From the IMG/VR virus record IMGVR_UViG_3300009181_000066, positions 6,276 to 70,275 of that record: 64,000 bases of DNA; one strand, 5' to 3'. The position numbers and the translations under genes were made by a program. Below the pieces are notes generated by a model that was given only the letters and a program-made list of their open reading frames with translations, was not told the origin of the DNA and did no database searches. Origin of the DNA: a virus. Shown here one piece after another: positions 29,498-41,200 of the stretch; within the stretch, counting starts at the first letter, position 1; each line of letters begins with the position of its first letter.

Positions 29498-30508
29498 ATG
29501 ACTAAAACTTTATTAGTCGATGGGAACAATTTATTAAAAATTGGATTTCACGGAGTTAAAGATTATTTTAATGGAACGGAGCATGTGGGTGGCATTTGGC
29601 ACTTTTTAAATACCATCCGCAAGTTTTTAGAAGAAACCAATTATAATAAGGTTGTGGTCTTTTGGGATGGAGAATTATCAACCGCACAAAGAAGAGTCCT
29701 GTACCCAAAATACAAACTTAACAGAAAAGGGGTAACTGAAGATTTTAAAGAAGAATCATTTGGTAAACAAAAACAACGGGTTAAACAATATTTGGAAGAA
29801 ATGTTTGTTAGACAAGTTGAGTTTGAAAATTCAGAAGCTGACGACCTAATCGCATATTATTGCAAAATTTCAAAAAACGAACACAAAACAATTTTTAGTG
29901 GTGATAGAGACCTTACACAACTTATTTCTGAAGATGTGACCATCTATTCGCCAAATACAAAAAAGTACTATAAGAACGGAGATAAGATCAAATTAAAAGA
30001 AATTGAAATACCCCATTATAATGTAAAGACCTATAAAATAATAGCCGGTGATATGTCGGATAATATTGATGGTATATATTATTTGGGTGAGAAAACAATA
30101 GTTAAATTATTTCCTGAGATACTTGAAAAAGAAATATCTTTTGACGATATTTTAAAAAAGGGTGAAGAACTATTAAAAGAACAAAAAGATAATGTAGCCT
30201 TGAAAAATCTTCTTACTGGTAAAACTAAAGAAGGAATATTTGGAGAAGAATTCTTTGTCATTAACAAAAAAATCGTAGATTTGTCCGAACCACTAATTAG
30301 TGACGAGGGAAAAGAATTGGTTGAACTATATTACTCTGAGTCATTGGATCCTGACGGAAGAGGGTATAAGAATCTGATTAAAATGATGATGGAGGATGGA
30401 TTTTTTAAATATCTACCTAAAAGTGATGATCAGTGGGTTTATTTTTTAAGACCATTTTTAAAGTTAACAAGAAAAGAAAAATCAAAATTTAAAAACAAAA
30501 AAGTATGA
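29498..30508 (+). CDS. 5'-3' exonuclease / RNase H (PolI N-terminal/FEN family)
   Basis: LLVDGNN, VVFWDG, YK.NR, EADDLIA, SGDRDLTQL, GD.SDNI.GI..LGEKT. Confidence 0.92.
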   Translation: MTKTLLVDGNNLLKIGFHGVKDYFNGTEHVGGIWHFLNTIRKFLEETNYNKVVVFWDGELSTAQRRVLYPKYKLNRKGVTEDFKEESFGKQKQRVKQYLEEMFVRQVEFENSEADDLIAYYCKISKNEHKTIFSGDRDLTQLISEDVTIYSPNTKKYYKNGDKIKLKEIEIPHYNVKTYKIIAGDMSDNIDGIYYLGEKTIVKLFPEILEKEISFDDILKKGEELLKEQKDNVALKNLLTGKTKEGIFGEEFFVINKKIVDLSEPLISDEGKELVELYYSESLDPDGRGYKNLIKMMMEDGFFKYLPKSDDQWVYFLRPFLKLTRKEKSKFKNKKV

Positions 30509-30957
30509 AAGAACAAAATGACGTAACAAAGGTTGAATTTTTGATCACATTAAATGATAATTTTGTGGTACAAAGATTTTTCAATGTTAAAGGGTATAAC
30601 CCAAACGTTAAAAATAGTGTTGATCTTTATGATTTGATGTGTGAGATATCAAATGACGTAAAAAGGATATTAAGAAACAAAACGGTAGATTACATGCTGG
30701 ATAATCAATATGTAATTGAGTCAGACCCTACGGTTCTTGAAACCTCAAATACTGATGGTCCAGAGCTATTTAACATTTATTTAAAGGCCGAAAATGAGAC
30801 AATTTATCATAGAGTGATAGACGCCAAGTTATACCCACCAAAGATAAGATACACTCTGGATACCCGCCCAATCCTAAAAACGGTACTTAAAACCCTTACT
30901 GACATTTTGTCAGAGAAAAAAATTAACACAAAATATCTTGAATATACACTAGCTTAA
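30505..30957 (+). CDS. Hypothetical protein
   Basis: ATGA overlap with the exonuclease gene; no motif recognised. Confidence 0.7.
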   Translation: MKEQNDVTKVEFLITLNDNFVVQRFFNVKGYNPNVKNSVDLYDLMCEISNDVKRILRNKTVDYMLDNQYVIESDPTVLETSNTDGPELFNIYLKAENETIYHRVIDAKLYPPKIRYTLDTRPILKTVLKTLTDILSEKKINTKYLEYTLA

Positions 30958-30994
30958 GATATTTATTAAAAACAGGAAACAAACTTAAAACTAT

Positions 30995-32374
30995 ATGTCA
31001 GACAAGAAAAATTTCGGTTATTTAGGGAACACATTTCAGATCCAATTACTTAACAATATTATACTTTACAAAGATTTCTCAAACACAATTATTGATGTAA
31101 TTGATCCTCACTATTTTGATAACCAATACTTTCGTCTGATTTGTCAAATGATTAAAGAGTATTACACAAAGTACGAACACACACCTACTTTTGATACTTT
31201 AGAACAACTTGCAAAATCTGAAATAACATCTCCTATGGCACAAAAAAGTGTCTTGGATATGGTAGAACAAATTAAATCATCTTCTGAAGATGGATATGAG
31301 TTTGTTCAAGAAAAATCATTAAAATTTTGTAAACAACAAGAACTTCAAAAAGTAATGGGTAAGGCTCAAAAAATCATTGATAAAGGTGATTTTGAAAGTT
31401 ATGACAGGTTAGAAGAAATGGTAAGAGGCGCACTTCAAGTTGGGGAAGTGGATAAAGGGACTAACGATGTGTTTTACGATTTAGACGAAGTATTAAATGA
31501 AGATTATAGACACCCAATTCCAATTGGTGTTGCAGGAATTGATAACTTATTAAAAGGTGGTTTGGCAAAAGGGGAGATAGGAGTAATATTAGCACCAACA
31601 GGGGTTGGAAAAAGTACGTTTACGACAAAGATTGCAAACCACGCATTTAATTTAGGTTACAATGTTTTACAGATTTTCTTTGAAGACAACCCAAAAATTA
31701 TTCAAAGAAAACATTTTACTTTATGGACAGGAATTGCACCTGACGATTTATCAGACCATAAAGATGAGGTAATGGAAACGGTTAAACAAATTCAAAAACA
31801 AAGAAAAAACAAATTAATTTTGAAAAAATTACCGTCTGATACCGTAACAATGAATCAAATAAAAAATCAGGTAAGAAAAATGATTGCGGATGGGACAAGA
31901 ATTGATATGATTATTTTGGATTATATTGATTGTGTCGTTCCTGACAAAATGCTTGGAGATGAATGGAAGAGTGAGGGATCTGTTATGAGATCATTTGAAG
32001 CTTTATGTCACGAATTAGACATTGCTGGTTGGACTGCAACACAAGGAAATAGAAACTCTATTTCTTCTGAGGTTGTCACAACTGATCAGATGGGTGGATC
32101 CATTAAAAAAGCACAAGTAGGTCACGTTATTATTACTGTCGCGAAATCATTACAACAAAAAGAAATGAATTTAGCAACTATTGCGATTACAAAATCAAGA
32201 ATTGGAAAAGATGGTATTATCTTTGAAAATTGTAAATTTGACAACGGAATGTTAGAAATTGACACGGAACAAAGTGTTACATTTTTAGGGCATGAAGAGC
32301 AAAAAGAAGAAAAAAATCGTAATAGAATCAAAGAACTTCTTGAACAAAGAAGACAAAGAGAAAATCAAGTTTAA
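30995..32374 (+). CDS. dnaB: Replicative DNA helicase (DnaB/T4 gp41-like)
   Basis: GGLAKGE, APTGVGKS, IILDYID, WTATQ.NR, K.R.G. Confidence 0.92.
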   Translation: MSDKKNFGYLGNTFQIQLLNNIILYKDFSNTIIDVIDPHYFDNQYFRLICQMIKEYYTKYEHTPTFDTLEQLAKSEITSPMAQKSVLDMVEQIKSSSEDGYEFVQEKSLKFCKQQELQKVMGKAQKIIDKGDFESYDRLEEMVRGALQVGEVDKGTNDVFYDLDEVLNEDYRHPIPIGVAGIDNLLKGGLAKGEIGVILAPTGVGKSTFTTKIANHAFNLGYNVLQIFFEDNPKIIQRKHFTLWTGIAPDDLSDHKDEVMETVKQIQKQRKNKLILKKLPSDTVTMNQIKNQVRKMIADGTRIDMIILDYIDCVVPDKMLGDEWKSEGSVMRSFEALCHELDIAGWTATQGNRNSISSEVVTTDQMGGSIKKAQVGHVIITVAKSLQQKEMNLATIAITKSRIGKDGIIFENCKFDNGMLEIDTEQSVTFLGHEEQKEEKNRNRIKELLEQRRQRENQV

Positions 32375-32401
32375 CAAATAAATTTAATAAATTAATACAA
32401 A

Positions 32402-33358
32402 ATGGATATTTCGCAAAAAATATTAAAGGAAAATCCCGCAAGGTTTGTTATATTTCCCATTGAACATAATGACATATGGGAATTTTATAAACAACATCAA
32501 GCGGCGTTTTGGACAGCAGAGGAAGTTGACTTAACAAATGATATTAGAGATTGGGAAACGCTTACTGATAATGAAAAATATTTTATTAAAAATGTTTTAT
32601 CATTTTTTGCAGCGTCAGACGGGATTGTTAATGAAAATTTAGCAGAAAATTTCTACAGAGAAGTCCAATATCCTGAAGCAAAATTCTTTTATGGATTTCA
32701 GTTGATGATGGAAAATATACATTCACTAATGTATTCATTATTAATTGATACTTATATCTCAAACGCACAAGAAAAAGATGAATGTTTTAATGCCATTGAT
32801 AGATTACCCGCTGTTCAGAAAAAAGCTAAATGGGCATTAGATTGGATTGAAAACGCATCTTTTCAAGAAAGATTAATAGCCTTTGCTGCGGTTGAAGGTA
32901 TATTTTTTTCAGGTTCATTCTGTTCAATATTTTGGTTAAAATCAAGAGGTATAATGCAAGGTTTATGTAACGCCAATTCATTGATATTTAAAGATGAAAA
33001 TTTACATTGTGATTTTGCGATTCATTTATTAAATAATCATTGTGAAAACAAACCATCAGAAAAAAGAATTAAAGAAATTTTATTATCCGCTCTTGAAATT
33101 GAAAAAGAATTTATTACCGAATCTTTACCTATTTCTTTAATTGGTATGAATTCTAATTTAATGAAACAGTATTTGGAATTTGTGGTTGATGGGTTATTGG
33201 TAAAAATGGGATGTAGTAAAGAGTTCAATGTTGAACAACCATTTAAATTTATGGAACAAATTGCTGTTGAAACCAAAGGAAACTTTTTTGAATCTAGAAC
33301 TATGGAATATCAAAAAGCAAAATTAAACGAAACTATTACATTCACTGAAGATTTTTAA
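32402..33358 (+). CDS. nrdB: Ribonucleotide reductase class Ia beta subunit
   Basis: [29 protein letters not shown] (radical Tyr), [19 protein letters not shown]. Confidence 0.96.
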   Translation: MDISQKILKENPARFVIFPIEHNDIWEFYKQHQAAFWTAEEVDLTNDIRDWETLTDNEKYFIKNVLSFFAASDGIVNENLAENFYREVQYPEAKFFYGFQLMMENIHSLMYSLLIDTYISNAQEKDECFNAIDRLPAVQKKAKWALDWIENASFQERLIAFAAVEGIFFSGSFCSIFWLKSRGIMQGLCNANSLIFKDENLHCDFAIHLLNNHCENKPSEKRIKEILLSALEIEKEFITESLPISLIGMNSNLMKQYLEFVVDGLLVKMGCSKEFNVEQPFKFMEQIAVETKGNFFESRTMEYQKAKLNETITFTEDF

Positions 33359-33369
33359 AATTATATATT

Positions 33370-35793
33370 ATGTCATTAAAAATAATAAAAAGAGGAGGGG
33401 ACTCAGCATCATTTAACCCCCAAAAAATTTATAATAGAGTTAAACGAGCTTCAAAAAGTTTAAATGTTAACTCTGATGAAATCTTTATAAAGGTTATCAC
33501 ATCGGTTCCGACTGAGGGTGAAATTACAACAAAAGATTTAGATAAGTTAATTTATGAAATTGCCGCGGCTTACACTGGTAGTCATCATGATTACTCTCGT
33601 TTAGCGTCATCTGTTGCCATTTCTTCATATCATAAAGAGACAAATGCAAGTTTTTCACAAACTATGAAACTTCTATATGACGATGGTGTCATACATGAAA
33701 AATTAATTGAGACTATTCAAAATTATAGTGAAGAAATAATAGATAATATTATTGAACACGAAAAAGATTATAATTTTGATTATTTTGCTTGGAGATCTTT
33801 ACAAGAAATGTATCTATTAAAAAGACCAAATGGTAAAGTAGTTGAAAGACCCCAACACATGTATATGAGAGTAGCTCTATGGGTAACTAATAGTTTTTCA
33901 GAGGCTGTTGAATATTATAAATCGTTATCTAACCAACTTATATCAAAAGCGACTCCTATCATGATAAATTCTGGAACCAAAGTTCCTCAATTAGCTTCTT
34001 GTGTGTTGCATTATAATAATTCAGATACTAGACAAGGACTATTAGATACGTTAAATGATATTTCAACATTCTCATCTGATGCAGCAGGCATTGGATTATC
34101 AATGTCTAATATTCGTAGTAAAGAAAGTAGAATAACAACATCTGGTGGTTTTGCTGGGGGGCTGTTAAAATACTTAAAAATTGTAAACGAATCTTTAAGA
34201 TTTTTTAATCAACAAGGTAGAAGACCTGGAAGTGCTGCTATTTATTTAGAACCATGGCATAAAGATATTTTTGATCTATTAGATATAAAAAAGAATACAG
34301 GTGCCGAAGAACTTAGGGCTAGAGATTTATTTACTGCACTTTGGATTCCTGATAATTTTATGAAGGCGGTAAAAAATAATGGTGATTGGCACTTGTTTTG
34401 TCCTAATGATATTATTAAATCCGGTATAAAACCATTACAAGAATGTTATGGTGATGAGTATGAAGAAAACTTTAATAAGGCGGTTTCAATGGGTATCGGT
34501 AAAAAAGTTAAAGCTCAAGATGTGTGGTCTAAAATTATTGAATCACAAGTTGAAACAGGTGTTCCTTATTTGTGCGCCAAGGATAGTGCGAATAAAAAAA
34601 CCAATCATCAAAATATTGGAACAATTAAACAATCAAATTTATGTGCGGAAATTTTTCAAACGACTGACGAGGATACGACTGCAATCTGCACTTTATCATC
34701 GATTGTGTTAAAAAACTTTATTCAAAACGGAAAATTCAATCACGAATTATTATTTAATGAAGTACGTAAAGTCGTTAGATCTTTAAATAAAGTTATTGAC
34801 ATTAATAATTATTCAACTAAAAAAGGATTGAAAGGTGGATTAGAGCAAAGAGCAATTGCGATAGGAACACAAGGTTTGGCTGATGTATTCTATTTGATGG
34901 ATTATATCTTTACATCAGAAGACGCGCGTAAGTTAAATAAAGATATCTTTGAAACTATCTATTATGCTGCGATCTATGAAAGTAACCAACTTTGTATGAA
35001 TGGTAATTATGTACCTTATAGTTTATTTAAAGGTTCGCCTATGTCACAAGGAGTATTTCAATTTGATATGTGGGGATTAGACGAGTCAAAACTTTCAGGA
35101 ATGTGGGATTGGACTAAATTGAAGAAGAGCGTTTCTGATTATGGTGTTTGTAATTCATTATTTACTGCACAAATGCCTGTAGCTAGCTCTGCTAAAATAA
35201 CAGGTTCATATGAAATGACTGAACCTGCTCATTCGGCTATTTTTAATAGGAGAGTTGTTGGTGGTGAAATTATGATTGTAAACAAGTATTTAATTAATGA
35301 CTTTGAAAAATTGGGCATTTGGTCCGAAGATCTAAAAAACGATATTATTTTAAATGAAGGGTCAATTCAAAATATCAACCTAAATAATTATTTGGATACT
35401 GAAGATAAAAATTATAATAAAAAAGTTAAGAGGATTGAACATTTAATACAAAAGTATAAAACAATATGGGAAATCTCACAAAGAGAATTAATTGATATGG
35501 CTGACGATCGTGCCCCATTCATAGACCAATCTCAATCAATGAATATTTATATGGCTAATCCAACATTGTCCAAAATTACGTCATCACATTTCTATTCATG
35601 GGAAAAAGGTTTAAAAACTTTATGTTATTATGTTAGAACTAAAGCTATATCAACAGGGGCTAAACATTTGGCGGTTGACATTTCTAAGATTGAAAAACCA
35701 AAATATGAAAAACCTACTGTTAATATAAACGAAATTAATTTACCAAAAAAACCATTAGATAGTCCATTTGAATGTTTTGGATGTTCATCGTAA
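33370..35793 (+). CDS. nrdA: Ribonucleotide reductase class Ia alpha subunit with ATP cone
   Basis: IIKRGG (ATP cone), ERPQH, ATP, QLASC, SNLCAEI, AICTL, MPVAS, DQSQS, YYVRT, terminal CFGCSS. Confidence 0.96.
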   Translation: MSLKIIKRGGDSASFNPQKIYNRVKRASKSLNVNSDEIFIKVITSVPTEGEITTKDLDKLIYEIAAAYTGSHHDYSRLASSVAISSYHKETNASFSQTMKLLYDDGVIHEKLIETIQNYSEEIIDNIIEHEKDYNFDYFAWRSLQEMYLLKRPNGKVVERPQHMYMRVALWVTNSFSEAVEYYKSLSNQLISKATPIMINSGTKVPQLASCVLHYNNSDTRQGLLDTLNDISTFSSDAAGIGLSMSNIRSKESRITTSGGFAGGLLKYLKIVNESLRFFNQQGRRPGSAAIYLEPWHKDIFDLLDIKKNTGAEELRARDLFTALWIPDNFMKAVKNNGDWHLFCPNDIIKSGIKPLQECYGDEYEENFNKAVSMGIGKKVKAQDVWSKIIESQVETGVPYLCAKDSANKKTNHQNIGTIKQSNLCAEIFQTTDEDTTAICTLSSIVLKNFIQNGKFNHELLFNEVRKVVRSLNKVIDINNYSTKKGLKGGLEQRAIAIGTQGLADVFYLMDYIFTSEDARKLNKDIFETIYYAAIYESNQLCMNGNYVPYSLFKGSPMSQGVFQFDMWGLDESKLSGMWDWTKLKKSVSDYGVCNSLFTAQMPVASSAKITGSYEMTEPAHSAIFNRRVVGGEIMIVNKYLINDFEKLGIWSEDLKNDIILNEGSIQNINLNNYLDTEDKNYNKKVKRIEHLIQKYKTIWEISQRELIDMADDRAPFIDQSQSMNIYMANPTLSKITSSHFYSWEKGLKTLCYYVRTKAISTGAKHLAVDISKIEKPKYEKPTVNINEINLPKKPLDSPFECFGCSS

Positions 35794-35809
35794 AATTAAA
35801 ACCTTAAAG

Positions 35810-35837
35810 AATCCTTACAAAAGTAAGGATTTTTTTT
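35810..35837 (+). terminator. Rho-independent terminator after nrdA
   Basis: AATCCTTAC-AAAA-GTAAGGATT followed by T run. Confidence 0.8.
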
Positions 35838-35874
35838 ATTTATATAAAATATCATAAGAATATATTTATGTTAT

Positions 35875-36339
35875 ATGGCAGATGGAACGACATATGGTAT
35901 TGTATTCCCATTTAGAGATAGTACAAAGGGTACCTATTTTAAATTATCAGAATTAACTTCAGAAGAAATTAGAAGTAATCTTCTTCATTTAATTTTAACA
36001 AGAAAAGGTAGTAGGTATTATTTACCCGATTTTGGTACAAGAATATATGAGTTTATTTTTGAACCATTAGATGGACAAACATTTGAGTCTATAAGATCTG
36101 AAATTGAAGAACAAGTGGAGAAATATATACCAAACGTAACAATAAATAATATTACAGTTGAGGCGTACACAGATAGTGAAGATGCGGCAGGGTCGCTAAA
36201 TACGGATTTGTTAAACACATTTGATATATATAAAATACCAGGTTTAGCGGTTCAAGAGTATACAGCAAAATTAAAAATTGACTACACTGATGATAGTAAT
36301 GGGTTTGGGGCAAATCAATTTATAATAATAAACATTTAA
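35875..36339 (+). CDS. Baseplate wedge protein / sheath initiator (T4 gp25 / GPW family)
   Basis: IRSNLLHLILTRKGSR...PDFGT.I..FIFEP. Confidence 0.9.
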   Translation: MADGTTYGIVFPFRDSTKGTYFKLSELTSEEIRSNLLHLILTRKGSRYYLPDFGTRIYEFIFEPLDGQTFESIRSEIEEQVEKYIPNVTINNITVEAYTDSEDAAGSLNTDLLNTFDIYKIPGLAVQEYTAKLKIDYTDDSNGFGANQFIIINI

Positions 36340-36342
36340 AAA

Positions 36343-38178
36343 ATGGCAAAAAAAATATCATATACTGAAAGGGAATTTGTTGGATTAAGACAAGATTTAA
36401 TTAATTTTACTCAGCAGTACTATCCAGAATTAGTACAAAATTTTAACGATGCTTCAATATTTTCGGTATTGATGGATTTAAATGCCGCCATTGGGGATAA
36501 CCTACATTATCATATAGATAGAAGCATCCAAGAAACGGTATTACAATATGCTCAGCAAAGATCTTCAATATATAATATAGCAAGAACGTATGGTTTAAAA
36601 ATACCGGGTTATAGACCTTCGGTAACTATTTTAAATCTTTCTATTACTGTTCCGGTATATAATGATTCGGATGATACAAGATATTTGGGGGTGTTAAGAG
36701 CTGGATCTCAGTTTTTCGGTGCAGGGACTGTATTTGAAAACCTTTATGATATTGATTTTTCTTCTGAATATAGTGCGTTAGGGTTTCAAAATAGAACAAA
36801 AATACCCCTTAAAAATTCATCCAATACTACATATGCATATACCATAACGAAACAAGAAGTGGTAGTAAATGGGACTACAAAAATATTTAAAAAACCAATA
36901 AACCCTGCAGATGTAGTTCCGTTTTACAATGTATTTTTACCGGAAAGAAATGTTTTAAGTGTTACGTCAATAATACAAAAAGATGGGACTAATTACTCAA
37001 CAGTTCCGAATTATGGTGAGTTTATTACGTCAACGAACAAATGGTATGAGGTGGATGCTTTAGCGCAGGATACTATATTTATTGAAGATCCGACAAAACC
37101 TATTGATTCTACGGGAGTAAAAACAGGTAGGTATATAAAAACGGACACACGTTTTATTACTGAATATACGCCGGAAGGGTTTTTAAAAGTGCAATTTGGT
37201 GGAGGAACAACTACACCAAATGAGCAATTAAAAGAGTTTACTAAAGTTGGTATCCCATTAAGTGTACAAAATTTTCAAAATAACATTGGACTTGGATTAA
37301 CCGTAAACCCAAATACTACTATTTTTATACAATATAGAGTTGGCGGTGGATTAGCGTCTAATGTTGGTGTTGGGGCAATAAACCAAGTTGGTACTATTGA
37401 TTTTTCTGTAAATGGTCCGTCTAACACTGAAAATCAAAAAGTAATACAATCATTATCTGTCACAAATGTTACCGCAGCAATTGGTGGGTCAAATCCGCCG
37501 ACCGTTGAAGAAGTACGTAATATGGTATCATTTAACTTTGCGGCACAAAAAAGAGCGGTCACTTTAAATGATTATAAATCAATTATAGATACGATGCCTG
37601 GTAAATTTGGTGCTCCATCTAAAGTTGCGATATCTGAAAAGGATAATAAAATTGCAGTTAAAGTTTTATCATTAGACACAAATAAAAAATTAACACAAAC
37701 CGTTTCTAATAATTTAATTAGTAATATTGCGATATACCTCTCAAATTATAGAATGATAAATGATTATGTATCGGTTGAGGTGGCAAAAGTCATTGACTTG
37801 GAATTTGAATTTTCTGTTGTATTGGAGGGTGGGGTAAATCAAGGACAAGTAATAACTCAAATAATAAATTCTGTTTCAGATTATATGCAACCTAACAATA
37901 GAGAAATGGGACAGAACCTAAATGTTTCTGACATCAGACGATTAGTTCAGGATGTTTCCGGGGTATTGACACTTGCAAATTTAAACATATATAATAAAGT
38001 CGGTGGTCAGTACTCGTCATCAGAAACATCCCAAAGATACATTGATCCTGAAACAAAACAAATAGAAATCATAGACGAGACAATATTTGCGGAACCCGAT
38101 CAAATTTATCAAATAAGGTTTGATAATGTTGATATTAAAGTAAGGGTTAAAAATCTAAATACTGTAGACTTCTCCTAA
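36343..38178 (+). CDS. Baseplate wedge protein (T4 gp6 / gpJ-like)
   Basis: REF..LRQDL, A..RSSI.NIA...G, YRVGGG..SN, GG.NP...EE.R, Q.RAVT..DY. Confidence 0.9.
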   Translation: MAKKISYTEREFVGLRQDLINFTQQYYPELVQNFNDASIFSVLMDLNAAIGDNLHYHIDRSIQETVLQYAQQRSSIYNIARTYGLKIPGYRPSVTILNLSITVPVYNDSDDTRYLGVLRAGSQFFGAGTVFENLYDIDFSSEYSALGFQNRTKIPLKNSSNTTYAYTITKQEVVVNGTTKIFKKPINPADVVPFYNVFLPERNVLSVTSIIQKDGTNYSTVPNYGEFITSTNKWYEVDALAQDTIFIEDPTKPIDSTGVKTGRYIKTDTRFITEYTPEGFLKVQFGGGTTTPNEQLKEFTKVGIPLSVQNFQNNIGLGLTVNPNTTIFIQYRVGGGLASNVGVGAINQVGTIDFSVNGPSNTENQKVIQSLSVTNVTAAIGGSNPPTVEEVRNMVSFNFAAQKRAVTLNDYKSIIDTMPGKFGAPSKVAISEKDNKIAVKVLSLDTNKKLTQTVSNNLISNIAIYLSNYRMINDYVSVEVAKVIDLEFEFSVVLEGGVNQGQVITQIINSVSDYMQPNNREMGQNLNVSDIRRLVQDVSGVLTLANLNIYNKVGGQYSSSETSQRYIDPETKQIEIIDETIFAEPDQIYQIRFDNVDIKVRVKNLNTVDFS

Positions 38179-38249
38179 CTATCTTTATTTTGGATTAATA
38201 TTATTTATCTTTAAAAATAGGATCATAACTATTTATTTTAAAAGATTTA

Positions 38250-41200
38250 ATGAGCAAAAGTTATAGGCTTAGAACCAAACCGGGAATAGACCAAAATATT
38301 AGAATAAACATAAATCAAGATTTTGATTTTCTTGAAATTTTGTCTTTAAAATTAAGGCAAGAAGACGTTTACACAAGATTTTGTGCGGATTATGGGGTTG
38401 TTGCCGGTAGAGTTGTGGCTAATGGAGGTTTTGGTATACCTAATGCGAACGTATCTATCTTTGTGCCTTTAAGTGATATTGATGAAAATGATCCCGTAAT
38501 ATCCACTTTATATCCTTATAAATTTTTAGATCAAAAAAACGAAGATGGTTATAGATATAATCTTCTTCCTTATGTTAGTGAATATAACGGACACACACCA
38601 ACAGGGACATTTCCATCAAGAGAAGATGTTTTAACACGTAAGGAGGTTTTAGAATTATACGAAAAATATTATAAATACACCGTTAAAACAAATGATAGTG
38701 GTGATTTTATGATTGTTGGTGTACCATTAGGGAATCAAAAAATTGTAATAGATTTAGACCTTTCAAATATGGGTTGTTTTTCTTTAAGACCTGCAGATTT
38801 AGTTAGAATGGGTAGAGGCGTATCCGAACAATTTGACGGGCAAAGATTTAAATCCTCTTCTGATTTAGGATCATTACCACAACTTTTTAACACTGCAAAA
38901 GATATTGACGTGACTTCATTTTGGGGTGAAGAAGATATTTGTACTGTTGGAATTACAAGGGTGGATTTTGATCTAAGAGACTACAATATTGATATTAAAC
39001 CTCAGGCAACATTTATGGGGTCAATCTTTTCAACTTCGGATGAGGATTATTTAAAAACTAATTGTAAACCTAAAAAAGATTCCGGTAATTTATGTGATTT
39101 AGTTGCAGGTCCTGGTAGGATTTTAGCGATTAGACAAACTAAAGATTATGATATTGATGGGAGACCCGTTTTAGAGCAATACAATTTAGAAAACGGAGGG
39201 AATGTAATTGACGAAAATGGGGCGTGGTTAGTAGAAGTACCAATGAACCTTGATTACGTGGTGACAAATGAATTTGGAGATCAAGTTTTATCAAATGATC
39301 CGTCCGTTGGAATACCAACAAAAGGAAAATATAGATTTAGAATACAATACCAAAATGAAGATGGTTTAAATAATGATATATTAAGGGCTGATTATTTAGT
39401 ACCTAATGTAAAAGAATGGGGATGGACTGGAATTAATCCTCCTGTTGGATCTACAGAACAATTAAAATCCTATGCGTTTAGTTTAGATTGGAATGATTAT
39501 GGGGACACTACGACCGCTAATGGTATACAAATGATAAATGAGGCGATAAAGTGTGAAGATAGGTTTTATGAGTTTAATTATAATAAAGTTTATACTATTG
39601 CAAATTTCTTTGATAGATGGAAATGGGGGTATAATAGAAGTAGACATTTAGGGATTAAAGAGATCACCGACAGAAGTTGTTCAACCACAAATAATCGTTT
39701 TCCGGTAAATGATGGGGTTAGGGACTTTGATTTTAATTTTTTCCTTTTTAATTTAATGGTTACCATTTTTACACCTGTATTTTTGGTATTAGTGCCGGTT
39801 TTACACGTACTTGCTAAACTTTGGCCGGTAGTTAAATTTGCAATTGCGATTGCTCTACCTATATATATTGGTATTGTTGTTTTGAGTTGGGGCCTTTCCG
39901 CCGGGGCATCAGCACTCACTCCGTGGGTTGCTGCAGTATATTTACTTGTGGCAGCATTAACAGGAGCATTTCTAACATGGTATATCATTAAAGTTGCTCC
40001 ATTTTTTCTTAAATTTAATTTTAAAGGACTCACATTACCTATGATATCTTATCCCGATTGCGAGGCGTGTGCTTGTGAAATCCCTGATTTGGGGATGGAT
40101 GAGGTAGAAACTACAGGATTTGGTGGTAGTGGTACTAATCTAGGAATTAAAATTGGTAAATATGAAATAAATTCTAGAACAAGTGGAAGTATTTTATCAG
40201 ACACAAATTCTAATTTATTTTGGGATGGGATACCCAATACTAATTTATGTAATATAGATGATAGTGATAATCAAGTATTAGAAGGAGGTTATCCTACTTA
40301 TTTTTGTTATATTGATCCGGATAGTTATGGTGGAAGTACTAATAAACAAAATAATAAATATCAAGCAGATAGTTATGGTATACGTTATGGGATTGCGGGT
40401 TATCCGACACCTCCAGAGATTGGTATGCCTGTCGTCACTAAATTTTCTAACAAAAAATATATTCCAAATACGGACATCACTTATTCTCAGTCATTAAATT
40501 TAGCCAATTTAAGAGTTAGATATTTTGATAGTAGTGCACCGAATAGGATTAAAACAACAATAAATGCAACTAATCCACCTGTTTTTGATAATGTTTTAAT
40601 ATTGATGGTGGATCCTAATACGTACTCAACAATACCTGCAGGAACACTATTAAGTTTTACTAATCCAAATTCAGTTATAGACACTAACCTTACAGGGGCA
40701 ACAAATGAAAATCAGTTTGGGTCTAATGCGGTGACAGGAACGTCATTTACCTCACTTACCTCAACCAATATAACATATATTGATCCTGTAACTTTAAACC
40801 CTCAGAGTGTTAACGTTTTTATATCAGGAAATACTACAGAAAAAGAGTACAAGTTTAAAACAGGTATTGAATATTTTCAAGTGGTCACTGGTATGACAAT
40901 GTATGATGCAGATTTAATCACTTCAGGGATTAAAATAAGTACTAACCCTGACCCTGCAACTCATTACGACACTACGTCACTTTTAAGAAAATATATATTA
41001 AATAAATTACAGAATATAACATATGAAGATAATTCTAATGTGGGTGATAGTGGAGATATAAGGACAGAATTAATTAACCCATTAACTGTAAATGGGGATA
41101 GTTGGCAAAACCAAGAACTGATTTTTTTGGTTAGGGGTGTTGACCCTTTTAGTGATAAACAAAACATTGAGTATGATTTGTCATTGATTTTTGGTTATGG

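Noticed and set aside
5476-38178. Bacterial extracellular contractile injection system or tailocin locus
   Set aside because: Interleaved phage replication genes, neck proteins, an intein and the absence of cellular housekeeping genes favour a lytic phage genome.
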